A stretch of DNA of 39,374 nucleotides from Prolixibacteraceae bacterium (GCA_027858145.1 JAQIDF010000218.1:1-39374), one strand, 5' to 3'; counted from the stretch's first letter, positions 19,791 to 29,134 are shown. Program-made: numbers and translations. The notes: generated by a model not told the origin, from the sequence alone.

Positions 19791-19911
19791 TGGACTTGCA
19801 AAAAAAAGTGGACAATTAATTGCGAGATTTAAGCCGCTACATTTCTGTTTCAAATTCGTTAATGGTTTTATATCCTAAAGTTGAGTGTATCCTCCTTTTA
19901 TTGTTACAAGT
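19791..19911 (-). mobile_element. IS3-family remnant: last codons of the transposase plus right terminal inverted repeat
   Basis: The minus strand encodes TCNNKRRIHSTLGYKTINEFETEM (cf. IS3 integrase tail WYNxxRxHSxLGYxxPxxFE) and NVAA* in a shifted frame. It is followed by ...TGTCCAC(T)8GCAAGTCCA-3', ending in CA at 19791 like IS3 ends. Confidence 0.8.
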
Positions 19912-19991
19912 TTTGTCTTATCCTGAAATATGGCTACAGTTTAAAATTGAATTTACGCTGATAATTTATATACCATATTCGGTTTTTTCGC

Positions 19992-21314
19992 TTAATTACT
20001 AAACAAACCATAAGCCTTGCTAAGAAAATCCGGATATACCCACTCTTTTTGAGACATATTTATGTAGTACAGGGCTATCATGTTATTTGTCGGATCTATA
20101 ATATACATTGTTCCCCACATACCACCCCAGGCGTAAGCAGTGTTTGATACTTCGGGGGTAGGTTTCCTTTGCTCGTTGTAGAGTTCAAAACCAAGGCCGA
20201 ATTGAAAACCCTCTCCACCAGCATTTTTTTCCGGTAACCGATTGATAGTTGTCATCAGTTCTATAGTTTCAGCTTTCAAAATACGGTGACCATTAAACTC
20301 GCCTTTATTCAATAGCATCTGACAGAATTTCGCATAGTCTTCAATCGGACCATTCAGGCCGCTTGCACCTCCGCAATAAGTCTGTACTTTGCTTACTGCG
20401 GCTTCTCTAAAGAAAGGAGATACAGGCTCCAGTTTTCCATCAACTGAATTGTAAGCTTTTACAAATCTGGGCAGAGCATCGGGTTCGTAATACCAATCTG
20501 TTTCGTTCATTCCCAGTGGTATAAGTACCGTTTCTTTGACATATTCACGCAAGGTTTTCCCTGAGATTCGTTCAATCATATAGGCGAGCATATTGGTGCT
20601 TATATGATAGCTATATTCTGTGCCTGGATCAAAGCCGAGGGGATATTTAACCAAATTGAGCATTCCATCTTTAAGATACCTTGCAACTTTATCGTCATCC
20701 CCACTACGCTGACCATTCGTGTCCTTTTTCGGCATTCCCGGTTCAGTGGATGCATCAGACTTTTTTCTTTCAGCTTTTCGAATTTCACCAACGAGTCCGG
20801 CATTAAGTCCCGAAGAGTGAGACATTAGGTGCACAAATGTCATGGGAACAGTAGCCGGGCGTGTTTCGTAAGTTCCATCTTCGTTCACTTTCGTTACTAC
20901 GACATTGGGTATTTCAGGAAAGTATTTCGATACCGGATCGTCAATAGAAACTAATCCTTTCTCAACAAGAGTCATAAAAGCTACTGTTGTTATCGCTTTG
21001 GTTTGTGAAAAAAGAATGTAGTAATCGTCAACTGTTGCAGAAATCTGGTTTTCTATATCCTTCATTCCAAAAGCCTTTTTATATACCACATTACCTCCTT
21101 GGGCAACGAAAGCGGCTACACAGTTCATCTTTTTGTTATCAATGAATGCCTGAAGCAATGAATCGAGGCTTTTAACATTATTGGCTTTAATGCCTAATTC
21201 GGATACATTAACTTTTTGGTTGAACTTTTGTGGGGTAACTGCTTTTTGTGCTGAGACGTTTATATTAACGAAAATTGCAGCAATGAGCAAAAAATATATA
21301 GTATTGATTTTCAT
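19992..21314 (-). CDS. serine hydrolase of the beta-lactamase-related fold (family VIII esterase-like)
   Basis: SxxK = FSQTK, LMSHSSG, PLGFDPGTEYSY, LGMNET, GASGL, YAWGG; signal peptide. Confidence 0.88.
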   Translation of the reverse strand: MKINTIYFLLIAAIFVNINVSAQKAVTPQKFNQKVNVSELGIKANNVKSLDSLLQAFIDNKKMNCVAAFVAQGGNVVYKKAFGMKDIENQISATVDDYYILFSQTKAITTVAFMTLVEKGLVSIDDPVSKYFPEIPNVVVTKVNEDGTYETRPATVPMTFVHLMSHSSGLNAGLVGEIRKAERKKSDASTEPGMPKKDTNGQRSGDDDKVARYLKDGMLNLVKYPLGFDPGTEYSYHISTNMLAYMIERISGKTLREYVKETVLIPLGMNETDWYYEPDALPRFVKAYNSVDGKLEPVSPFFREAAVSKVQTYCGGASGLNGPIEDYAKFCQMLLNKGEFNGHRILKAETIELMTTINRLPEKNAGGEGFQFGLGFELYNEQRKPTPEVSNTAYAWGGMWGTMYIIDPTNNMIALYYINMSQKEWVYPDFLSKAYGLFSN

Positions 21315-21356
21315 GTTTTTAAGTTTATTATTGTAAATTGATCATCAGAAATTTAC

Positions 21357-24300
21357 CTATTCTTTAACAATCTTGAAGGATTGGTTTTTGTTTGACCTGT
21401 ATACCTGTACCATATAAATACCTGCCTTCAGCGAGGATCCAATAGTCTGTAAATTTTTAACATTAGCATGGTCAATAACTTCCATCTGCCTACCCATCAT
21501 ATCAATTACTTTAATGCTTATGACCTGCACGGGGTTCTCAATTTTGAGATTGGTTTCAGAGGTAAAAGGATTCGGATAGAAAAGAACATCGTTCTTTTCG
21601 GCATACATTGTGGCAAGACCCGAAATTATTTCCTGAGGGTTGATTTTCCATTGTTGGTTATAACTGCTATTGCAAGTAGATAGTTGTGCATTACCTCCAT
21701 TGGATTTAGATGCTCCGATTATATCAAGGCATTTTCCGCTGTTACGAATTTTTATCTGATAGTAATCCTTATCCACATTCACGAATTGCCATTGCTGGCT
21801 GGTATCATTTTCATAGGCCCAAATCTGAATATTCGCTCCATCAGCAAATGAACCGCCACTTACATCAAGACATTTGCTGGTATCATGAGCTGGTGATACC
21901 TGGTAATATCTGTTTCCCAAATCAGTAAGCGTCCAACTTTGACTTGCAGCCTTTTTATTGGTCGATTGATCTACATTCGTTCCGTCATCTGTACCTGATT
22001 TAGTTACATTCAGAACTTTTCCACTATGGCGAGCTTTAAAAATGTATGGACCTCCTGATAATATACCAGGTGTAGAGCCAGATATCCTGATTTGAAATGT
22101 AAGTGTGCTTTGAGTACCGCAGGAGTTGATATAAGTAGCTAAAGCATCGCAATCCTCTGTGGGGTATATGGTCTGCTCACGGGAAGTATCGGATATACTA
22201 CAACCAGCCTTCCAGTTCCACGAACCTTCGCTGGAAGGCTGGGGGCTTAATTTTACTTTATCCCCTGATTTCACAGTTACACTGAATGTTTCTTGCCATG
22301 CACCATCATTAACCTGTATATATGGGGTAATCGCGGTTGACAAACAACTGTCGGCAGAAATTCCAGCCTGGTCCGCCAGTTGAAGGAAGTTCCACATGGC
22401 GGGTCTCCATGTGCCACCACTATGCCCTTGTCCCTTGGCAGCCCATGAATAATTAGGAATGTTATTGGTATTGCAGTAGTTAACGGCTGCAACGTTATCA
22501 TCAATAATGATTTGATAATCATATTCCGCCCAGGAAATGAACAGAAGTTTCATTACCTGTTTGGCGGTTTCTCCACCATTAGGGAATAGCGTGGCATCCG
22601 CTTGTTTATTGGGAGCAGCTGAAGAGGGGCCGATAAAATGGAAGTAGTCCATATTATTACACGCAACATTAAATGTATGTCCGCCGCCCAAGGAATAGCC
22701 GAAAAGGCCCCGATGATCAGCATCAGCGTAAGTAGAATAAGTAGAATCAATATATGGGATGGCATCAAGAATCGTCATATCATTGACATTGTTACCGTTG
22801 GTGTTAAATTGATCGTCAACGGCCACTATGATCACGCCCTTGGATACCTTTCCCTCACCAATCAGATTGTCGCAAACGATGCCAGCTTTAACCCACGCGC
22901 CATTAAATACGCTGCTTGCCTTGTCGCCCATACCCTGATAGCAGAAAATGACACCATACTTTTGGCTTGTGCTATATCCCGGAGGTGTATAGACCAACAT
23001 ATCCACGTTTTTTCCGGCCACCGATGAGTAAAAGTTGACGGTGCTAACCGAGCCTGCAGGGTAACGATCTGACTTGTCATAAGTGCCGTTATCTGGACCT
23101 CCCGCAGGCATGGAGGGGAGGGTATTAGTACCTCCTGTTTCACCAGAGGGCTCGTCAGATATTTTTATTTGAAATGTTTTCGTGCTTTGTTCTCCGCAGG
23201 TATTGGTATAAGTAGCTACAATATCACAATCAACCGTAGGATAAATAGTTTGCTCACGAGAATTACCAGATGTTCCACAGTCGCCATTCCAGCTCCACAA
23301 ACTTTCAGTAACAGGCTGAGGGCCTAATATTACTTTAGCTCCCGAAGCTACAGTCACAGTAGATGTTTGCTGCCATGTGCCATCGTTAACTTGTATATAG
23401 GGCGTTATATCTGTTGCTGAACATGGAGTATACATCCTAATTTGAAATGTTTGCGTGCTTTTCTCCCCGCAGGAATTGGTAAAAGTAGCTACAACGTCGC
23501 AATCATCTGTTGGATAAATAGTTTGTTCCCGTGAAGTTCCCGACGTGCCACATCCGCCATTCCATTTCCATGAACCCTCGCTGGACGGCTTAGAGCCAAT
23601 CTTAACCTGATCGCCTGGTTTAACTGTTACATTGAATGTTTCCTTCCAATCACCATCATTAACTTGGATATTCGGGGTAATAGAGGTTGGCGCGCAAGCC
23701 CCCGAGTACAGTGAAGACATTTTTTCAGCCCACAATCGTTGAATGCTTGCTGCACCTGTGGCATTTGGATGAACCCCATCGTTGTCCAATTCATTTGGAT
23801 GTTCTACAAAATAAGTATAAAGGTCGGGACCTGCAATAAGCCCATTTAATGATGTGAGGTTATCAATAGCTGAAAGATAAGCGGGGTTTACCTGCCAACC
23901 GGCAGCCGAAGAATTGGTAGCCAACAAGCGTGCAATGATTGGCTGAATACCAGCATTTTTACATGCAGTAATCACTTCTTGCATATTAGTAATAAAAGAT
24001 GATAGATTTCCAGTACCACCGCCCCATGCATCGTTTGTACCCATTTCAATTGCAAAGTATTTAACATCTGGGGTTACATTAATATAATCATTAATATTAT
24101 TAGACAAATGACCACTTACAATACAGGGAATTCCGCCTCTCACCATTGCAGGGGTATAACCAGAGTGGGCGTTGCTCACCAAATCAGCAAAGTTGTTTGC
24201 TGGTGGAGTTCCTTTATATGTATTTGCCGAAATGCTTGTGCCAGGAAAGAACCAAAGATCATCGCCTCCATTTGACAAATCAAATACTTCAATTTCGTCA

Positions 24301-24785
24301 ATTGCTCCACCGCCATTACTACTTGTACTGCTAACACTCATTTTAATCCAACTCTGTGAAGAGAAGTCGATTGAAATTCCTCGAGCAGTAACCGAGTTTC
24401 CTGAAACGGTTTCAACTGTTGTCCATGTCCCATCTAATCCGTCGGTTGAATTTGAAGATGTTAAAATGCTATAATTCACAGGATAACCCATATTTTGTTT
24501 GCAACTTTGCGACGAAGATATTACGTCGGACCAGGAATAATTTGGATTGTTCCATGTAAAGTATAATCTCGAATACCCTGTTCCAATGTTTATTGCAAGC
24601 CATGTTTCATCGTTTACGCTTAAGGTAGAGCCACCATATTTATTATCGGTGAGATAGGAGACTGTACCACTTGAGGTATACACAGTTTTACCTCTTGAAA
24701 GAATTGGATTTGAGGTAATAGCAAATCCAATTGTACTGGCAAAGACTGAAACAATCAATATTGCCAAAGAAGCAATTTTTTTCAT
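21357..24785 (-). CDS. multimodular T9SS-secreted esterase: beta-sandwich + SGNH + 2 repeats + CE1-like alpha/beta hydrolase + 1 repeat + CBM13 + T9SS CTD
   Basis: SGNH blocks PGTSIS/RGG/MGTND/DGVHP; CE1-like VYTPPGY, GYSLGG, GQGHS..W; ricin QxW repeats (SQSW, SQQW, NQQW, CLD); C-terminal FYPNPF...IDMMGR...LKAGIYMVQV...FKIVKE. Confidence 0.88.
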   Translation of the reverse strand: MKKIASLAILIVSVFASTIGFAITSNPILSRGKTVYTSSGTVSYLTDNKYGGSTLSVNDETWLAINIGTGYSRLYFTWNNPNYSWSDVISSSQSCKQNMGYPVNYSILTSSNSTDGLDGTWTTVETVSGNSVTARGISIDFSSQSWIKMSVSSTSSNGGGAIDEIEVFDLSNGGDDLWFFPGTSISANTYKGTPPANNFADLVSNAHSGYTPAMVRGGIPCIVSGHLSNNINDYINVTPDVKYFAIEMGTNDAWGGGTGNLSSFITNMQEVITACKNAGIQPIIARLLATNSSAAGWQVNPAYLSAIDNLTSLNGLIAGPDLYTYFVEHPNELDNDGVHPNATGAASIQRLWAEKMSSLYSGACAPTSITPNIQVNDGDWKETFNVTVKPGDQVKIGSKPSSEGSWKWNGGCGTSGTSREQTIYPTDDCDVVATFTNSCGEKSTQTFQIRMYTPCSATDITPYIQVNDGTWQQTSTVTVASGAKVILGPQPVTESLWSWNGDCGTSGNSREQTIYPTVDCDIVATYTNTCGEQSTKTFQIKISDEPSGETGGTNTLPSMPAGGPDNGTYDKSDRYPAGSVSTVNFYSSVAGKNVDMLVYTPPGYSTSQKYGVIFCYQGMGDKASSVFNGAWVKAGIVCDNLIGEGKVSKGVIIVAVDDQFNTNGNNVNDMTILDAIPYIDSTYSTYADADHRGLFGYSLGGGHTFNVACNNMDYFHFIGPSSAAPNKQADATLFPNGGETAKQVMKLLFISWAEYDYQIIIDDNVAAVNYCNTNNIPNYSWAAKGQGHSGGTWRPAMWNFLQLADQAGISADSCLSTAITPYIQVNDGAWQETFSVTVKSGDKVKLSPQPSSEGSWNWKAGCSISDTSREQTIYPTEDCDALATYINSCGTQSTLTFQIRISGSTPGILSGGPYIFKARHSGKVLNVTKSGTDDGTNVDQSTNKKAASQSWTLTDLGNRYYQVSPAHDTSKCLDVSGGSFADGANIQIWAYENDTSQQWQFVNVDKDYYQIKIRNSGKCLDIIGASKSNGGNAQLSTCNSSYNQQWKINPQEIISGLATMYAEKNDVLFYPNPFTSETNLKIENPVQVISIKVIDMMGRQMEVIDHANVKNLQTIGSSLKAGIYMVQVYRSNKNQSFKIVKE
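22083..23696 (-). repeat. three copies of an ~88-aa Cys-rich Ig-like module (approx. 23430-23696, 23159-23423, 22083-22346)
   Basis: Consensus CxxTxITPYIQVNDGxWQxTxxVTVxxGxxVxLxPQPxxEGSWxWxxxCGTSGxSREQTIYPTxDCDxxATYTNSCGxxSTxTFQI. Similarity is also visible at the DNA level (e.g. atttgaaatgt, catc(a/g)ttaac). Confidence 0.92.
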
Positions 24786-24877
24786 AAATTAAATGTTAAT
24801 TAATTGACTAATATTCTACTAGCTCTATTTTTATCATAGGTTTTCGGTTTAAACTTTCATGAAAATAAAGCTATCTA

Positions 24878-27298
24878 TTATTCCACTTTTAGAACTATGT
24901 TCGCATCTATCAACCCGTTACTTCTTGCGGCGACACGAATACTCCCCTTCTCAGATCCAGATTGAACAATTGCCAAGCATTTACCCAAATAAGCCTTGGT
25001 GTGTGTTTCTTTGTAGCAGTTGTGGTTTTTCTCGTTGCCATTACCAGTAGCGCTTAATGTCCCTACTCCAGTTACTTCAAACTCTATGGTATTGTCGGCA
25101 AATGGTACTGGAATATTATTCTCGTCCAACACAAAAGCTTTGATGTAGGATAGATCCTGTTGATTCGCCTTAAGATTCTGTTTATCTGCAACTAACTTAA
25201 TTTTTGCTGGTTTTCCTGCTGTTTGTACTTTGAAGGTTTTTTTCTCACCATTGGGCAATGTACCTATGGCTTCAAGTGTGCCTTTTGAGTATGGGACGTT
25301 CCAAATAAGGAAAGCTTGTTTGTCCAAGTCCCATTGTTGTGAACCCAACGATTTATGGTTAAGCGTTAGTTCAACTTCGGGCAAGTTGGTGTAAACATGA
25401 ACAGCCAAAGTATCGCCTTCTGTAGTGTGGTTCCAGTGCGGCAAAACCTTGGGCCAGTTCCAAAAAGAACAATTAGACCAGTCTTTTGCTGTTGAATCTG
25501 TTTCTACCGCCACATAAACCACGGGCTCGTCGGTCCAGATGGCTTTTCTGAAATAGTAGGATGGCTTTTCGAACCCACAAATATCTACCAGTCCGCAAGT
25601 AGCCCCTTTAGATGGCCACCAGGGCCAAACCAAATCTTTGCCACATTCTTTAACAACTTCGCCAATACCGCCTTCACCAAGATAATCAAACCCTGTCCAA
25701 ATAAATTCTCCGGCAATATAATCTTCCTTTAATGTAGAAAGCCATTCTTCGTATGATCGCATTTGCCAACAATCTCCTGTGTGATATGGGTACTTAACTG
25801 TTTCCGAGCCATAAATTACCCTGTTGGGATATGTTTTATGATCTGCTTCATACATTGATTCCTGATAGTTGTAGCCAACAAGTTCGAGTAAATTGCCCAT
25901 CCCACTAGAGTTAATCCCAGGTATGCCATCGGCTCCTATTGTATAAGGACGACTTACATCGTATTTTTTTGCAGCGTCAAGGATTAATTTTGCAATCGCA
26001 GGGCCTTTAACAGAATCCCATTGTTCGGGCACTTCGTTCCCAATACTCCATGCAAACACAGAAGCGTGATTACGGTCACGCTTAATCCAGTTTTTAACGT
26101 CCCTTTCGTACCATTCATAGAAATGCGGAGAGTACCCGTGCTTGGTTTTCCCTTTTTCCCACTCATCGAATATTTCGTTGAATACAACAAAACCCATCCT
26201 GTCGGCAACATTAAGCAATTCGGGAGCAGGAGGGTTGTGGCTCATACGAAGAGCATTGCACCCCATTTCTTTGAGTATTGTTAATTGTCGCTCGAAGGTA
26301 TAATCCATACATGCTGCTCCAAGCGGACCTCCATCGTGATGGTTATTGGTGCCTTTCAGTTTCACTTGTTCTCCATTTAGCAAGAATCCTTTGTTCGGAT
26401 CGAACTTAAAAGTTCGGATGCCAAATGGGGTATTGTAGGCGTCCATCAATTTCCCATCTGCTTTTATCTCAACCTGGAGTTGATATAAATAAGGGTCGTC
26501 GATGGACCATAAATTTGGGCTATTAACGGTTAATTTCTGTGTTAATTTTAAGGAGCTACCAGCTTTAATAGTACAACCGGAGCTCTTGTCACTTACTTGG
26601 TTGCCCTTAGTATCTACTAAAACTGTTCTTATTTCACAGTTTTTGTCGATATTGAATTCGTTAATCATTTCCACATCGATACTTAATCGGGCATTTGCTT
26701 TAGTGGCAGATTGTGTTTGAGCAAATACACCCCATTCGTCGAAATGCACTTTGTCGCTGGTAAGTAACCACACGTGCCTGTATATACCAGCTCCAGTGTA
26801 CCAACGAGAGTTTGGTTGCTCCGATGTGTTCGCTTTTACAGCAATCACATTGTTTTCGCCAGCAGGTTTTAGGTGTGGAGTTAAATCATAATAAAAAGAG
26901 GAATAACCATAGGGGCGAAGTCCAAGGTAATGACCGTTAATCCAGACTTCACTGTTGCGGTAAATTCCTTCAAACAGAATAAAAACCTTTTTATTAACGG
27001 TCGATTTGTCCAAGGTGAAATTTTTACGGTACCAGCCTATTCCTCTATATGCGAAACCTCCGCCACTGTTGGTGGCATTTTTCGAATCAAAGGGATGCTC
27101 TATGCTAAAATCGTGTGGAACATTTAAAGTTCGCCAAGTTGCATCATCAAAGTCTGGCTCACTGGCCTTTGGAAAATCTCCAAGGGCAAATTTCCAGCCA
27201 AAATCAAAGGATCGTTTATTTTCCTTTTCCGAACTATCACAGGATGTACTTAAAATCCCTATTGTGATAATAAATATGTAGATATGTTTGATATTCAT
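24878..27298 (-). CDS. GH2 glycoside hydrolase (beta-galactosidase-like), predicted lipoprotein
   Basis: Lipobox-like ILSTS-C, VPHDFSI, GWYRK, SRWYTGAGIYRH, ALRMSHNP, RDRNHASVFAWSIGNE, YGSET, FIWTGFDYLGE. Confidence 0.93.
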   Translation of the reverse strand: MNIKHIYIFIITIGILSTSCDSSEKENKRSFDFGWKFALGDFPKASEPDFDDATWRTLNVPHDFSIEHPFDSKNATNSGGGFAYRGIGWYRKNFTLDKSTVNKKVFILFEGIYRNSEVWINGHYLGLRPYGYSSFYYDLTPHLKPAGENNVIAVKANTSEQPNSRWYTGAGIYRHVWLLTSDKVHFDEWGVFAQTQSATKANARLSIDVEMINEFNIDKNCEIRTVLVDTKGNQVSDKSSGCTIKAGSSLKLTQKLTVNSPNLWSIDDPYLYQLQVEIKADGKLMDAYNTPFGIRTFKFDPNKGFLLNGEQVKLKGTNNHHDGGPLGAACMDYTFERQLTILKEMGCNALRMSHNPPAPELLNVADRMGFVVFNEIFDEWEKGKTKHGYSPHFYEWYERDVKNWIKRDRNHASVFAWSIGNEVPEQWDSVKGPAIAKLILDAAKKYDVSRPYTIGADGIPGINSSGMGNLLELVGYNYQESMYEADHKTYPNRVIYGSETVKYPYHTGDCWQMRSYEEWLSTLKEDYIAGEFIWTGFDYLGEGGIGEVVKECGKDLVWPWWPSKGATCGLVDICGFEKPSYYFRKAIWTDEPVVYVAVETDSTAKDWSNCSFWNWPKVLPHWNHTTEGDTLAVHVYTNLPEVELTLNHKSLGSQQWDLDKQAFLIWNVPYSKGTLEAIGTLPNGEKKTFKVQTAGKPAKIKLVADKQNLKANQQDLSYIKAFVLDENNIPVPFADNTIEFEVTGVGTLSATGNGNEKNHNCYKETHTKAYLGKCLAIVQSGSEKGSIRVAARSNGLIDANIVLKVE

Positions 27299-27454
27299 TT
27301 TGATATTTTTTTACGTTGCTATAAGCTATTACTAATTTTAAACTGAATTTCTTTATTATTATAATACAGTCCTAGTAAGGTAACTACCAAGTTTGTCATC
27401 TCTAAGAACAAAATTATTTCATCACAAGACTGACAATTCCTTTTATGTTCCACT

Positions 27455-28669
27455 TTACTTATTTAACCACAACACACATATATCGTGAGCTCCAATTCTC
27501 TTTTTAAACGGTTTTTTGGTGTTCCCTACTTTTCTTTTATCCCAAACGTCAAATAATTTAAATTTTTCAACACCAAAATTCACACTATAATTAAAATCAG
27601 GATCATTAATTTTGTGCATATTCCAGTCAAATTCCAAATTAACTGGTTCATTTTTACGATTCAGAAAACAAATTGCCCATTCATCATTTTCAAGTGGTTT
27701 TACCCAAACCTCAGTACTGTCGATATTAATATATTTAAATGCCTGTATACCAAGTGGGTCCTGATTGATTGCAATAGCATATTCATTAGTTTGTATTTCA
27801 ATTGACTCCTGATTTGCGTTACGAATATCATTTCCCATTATTAAAGGAGAGGCTAACATACACCACAGTGAAAAGTGTGCACGGTCTTCAGCAGCGGTCA
27901 TTCCGTTTCCCACTTCCATCATATCAAAATCGTTCCAACTATTTGGGCCAGCATATTTCCTAATGCCTTCCCTCATATAAACGATCTTCATAACACCCAG
28001 GTCTTTGTAACTCCCATGGTCAACAATACAATCGAAACAAGTTGCAATATCTCCACTGATTCTCCAAAGTTGACCAAAATTTTTTCCCCATAACCAAGGT
28101 GCAGCCGTACCCCATTCACAAATTCCTAAAATAATTGGCCTTCCTGTGGCAAATAAAGCATCACTTATAGTCTTATACGCTTCCTGAGGTTTTTGCCCCT
28201 CGGTATTGCACCAATCGTATTTTAAATAATCGACTCCCCACGATGCAAATAACTTTGCATCCTGAATTTCGAAACCTTTACTTCCCGGATATCCGGCACA
28301 GGTTTTTGTTCCTGCATCGCTGTAAATACCGAATTTTAGTCCTTTTGAATGCACATAGTCAGCTAATGCTTTTATTCCACTTGGAAATTTTACAGTATCT
28401 GGTACAAGATTACCATTTTCATCTCGTTCACGTAAAGCCCAACAATCATCAATAATAATATATTCATAGCCTGCATCTATGTATCCGTCACGTTCAAAAA
28501 CATCCGCTACGTCTCTAATTAGTTTCTCATTTACATCACAATGGAAAGTATTCCAACTGTTCCACCCCATTGGAGGGGTATCTGCCAAACCTTCATACTT
28601 TTGTGCATTCAGAACAAGTATTGTGGCCAATGCCACTAGTATCATACTAATTTTCTTCATATTCTTCAT
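27455..28669 (-). CDS. GH27 alpha-galactosidase, secreted
   Basis: TPPMGWNSWN, IIIDDCW, KFPSG, GLKFGIYSDAG..TCAGYPGS, DYLKYDWC (nucleophile), WRISGDI (acid/base), WNDFDMMEVGNG, INQDPLG. Confidence 0.95.
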   Translation of the reverse strand: MKNMKKISMILVALATILVLNAQKYEGLADTPPMGWNSWNTFHCDVNEKLIRDVADVFERDGYIDAGYEYIIIDDCWALRERDENGNLVPDTVKFPSGIKALADYVHSKGLKFGIYSDAGTKTCAGYPGSKGFEIQDAKLFASWGVDYLKYDWCNTEGQKPQEAYKTISDALFATGRPIILGICEWGTAAPWLWGKNFGQLWRISGDIATCFDCIVDHGSYKDLGVMKIVYMREGIRKYAGPNSWNDFDMMEVGNGMTAAEDRAHFSLWCMLASPLIMGNDIRNANQESIEIQTNEYAIAINQDPLGIQAFKYINIDSTEVWVKPLENDEWAICFLNRKNEPVNLEFDWNMHKINDPDFNYSVNFGVEKFKLFDVWDKRKVGNTKKPFKKRIGAHDICVLWLNK

Positions 28670-29115
28670 GTTATCTAAGGTACTCTGGTAATTTTGTAAA
28701 TTTGGATTAAAATTAGACTGTATGTTATTTTACAGTGTAGAAAACCTCTCCCATCTCATCCCATCGCAAAAATATCGCAAAAATTAAGAACTTGTATTGA
28801 ATTGATAGCGCTAATGCCATCAATTAGCAGCTAAGCCAAATTTAATATGCCTTCCTTTCACTTTAGAAAAATCGATATCTACAGAACGATATTTTAAATG
28901 GTCAATACTTGCTAAAATAGCCTGCTCCTTTTTGAAACATGTTCCCGTTGGTATCAATTATGGTAAATAATACTGATGAGGTGGTAATTATATACATTCG
29001 GGATATTGAAAATCAATTCTTCAATTAAAAGCAGTAATTATTTCTTATTCAACCTTTAAAATTTATCACCCTGAATAACAGGACACTATATCACATCACC
29101 TCTTTTAATGGTATA

Positions 29116-29134
29116 CTATTAAGATACTTAATAG
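29116..29134. promoter_or_regulatory. 19-bp palindrome, possible operator or hairpin
   Basis: ctattaag-ata-cttaatag: perfect 8-bp arms in the gap upstream of the GH27-led cluster. Confidence 0.3.

Noticed and set aside
19787-19813. aaagtggac direct repeat (18-nt spacing) as a regulator binding site
   Set aside because: Better explained as the IS3 terminal repeat plus four flanking bases.
19820-20002. 60-aa plus-strand ORF
   Set aside because: It is antisense to the IS3 transposase remnant.
19992-21314. Calling this an AmpC-type antibiotic-resistance gene
   Set aside because: It has YAWGG rather than a KTG triad and no clear YxN; context favours an esterase.
22083-23696. Repeats as a CRISPR array or mobile-element repeats
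   Set aside because: They are ~265-nt in-frame protein-domain repeats, not short repeats with spacers, and no cas genes are present.
24820-24873. Imperfect inverted repeat tagctctatttttatcat...atgaaaataaagcta
   Set aside because: AT-rich with mismatches and a large loop; too weak to call a terminator.
28763-28784. Perfect 11-bp tandem duplication atcgcaaaaat x2, overlapping a minus-strand TATTTTTG -7-like box
   Set aside because: Only two copies and no matching -33 element; likely slippage or chance.
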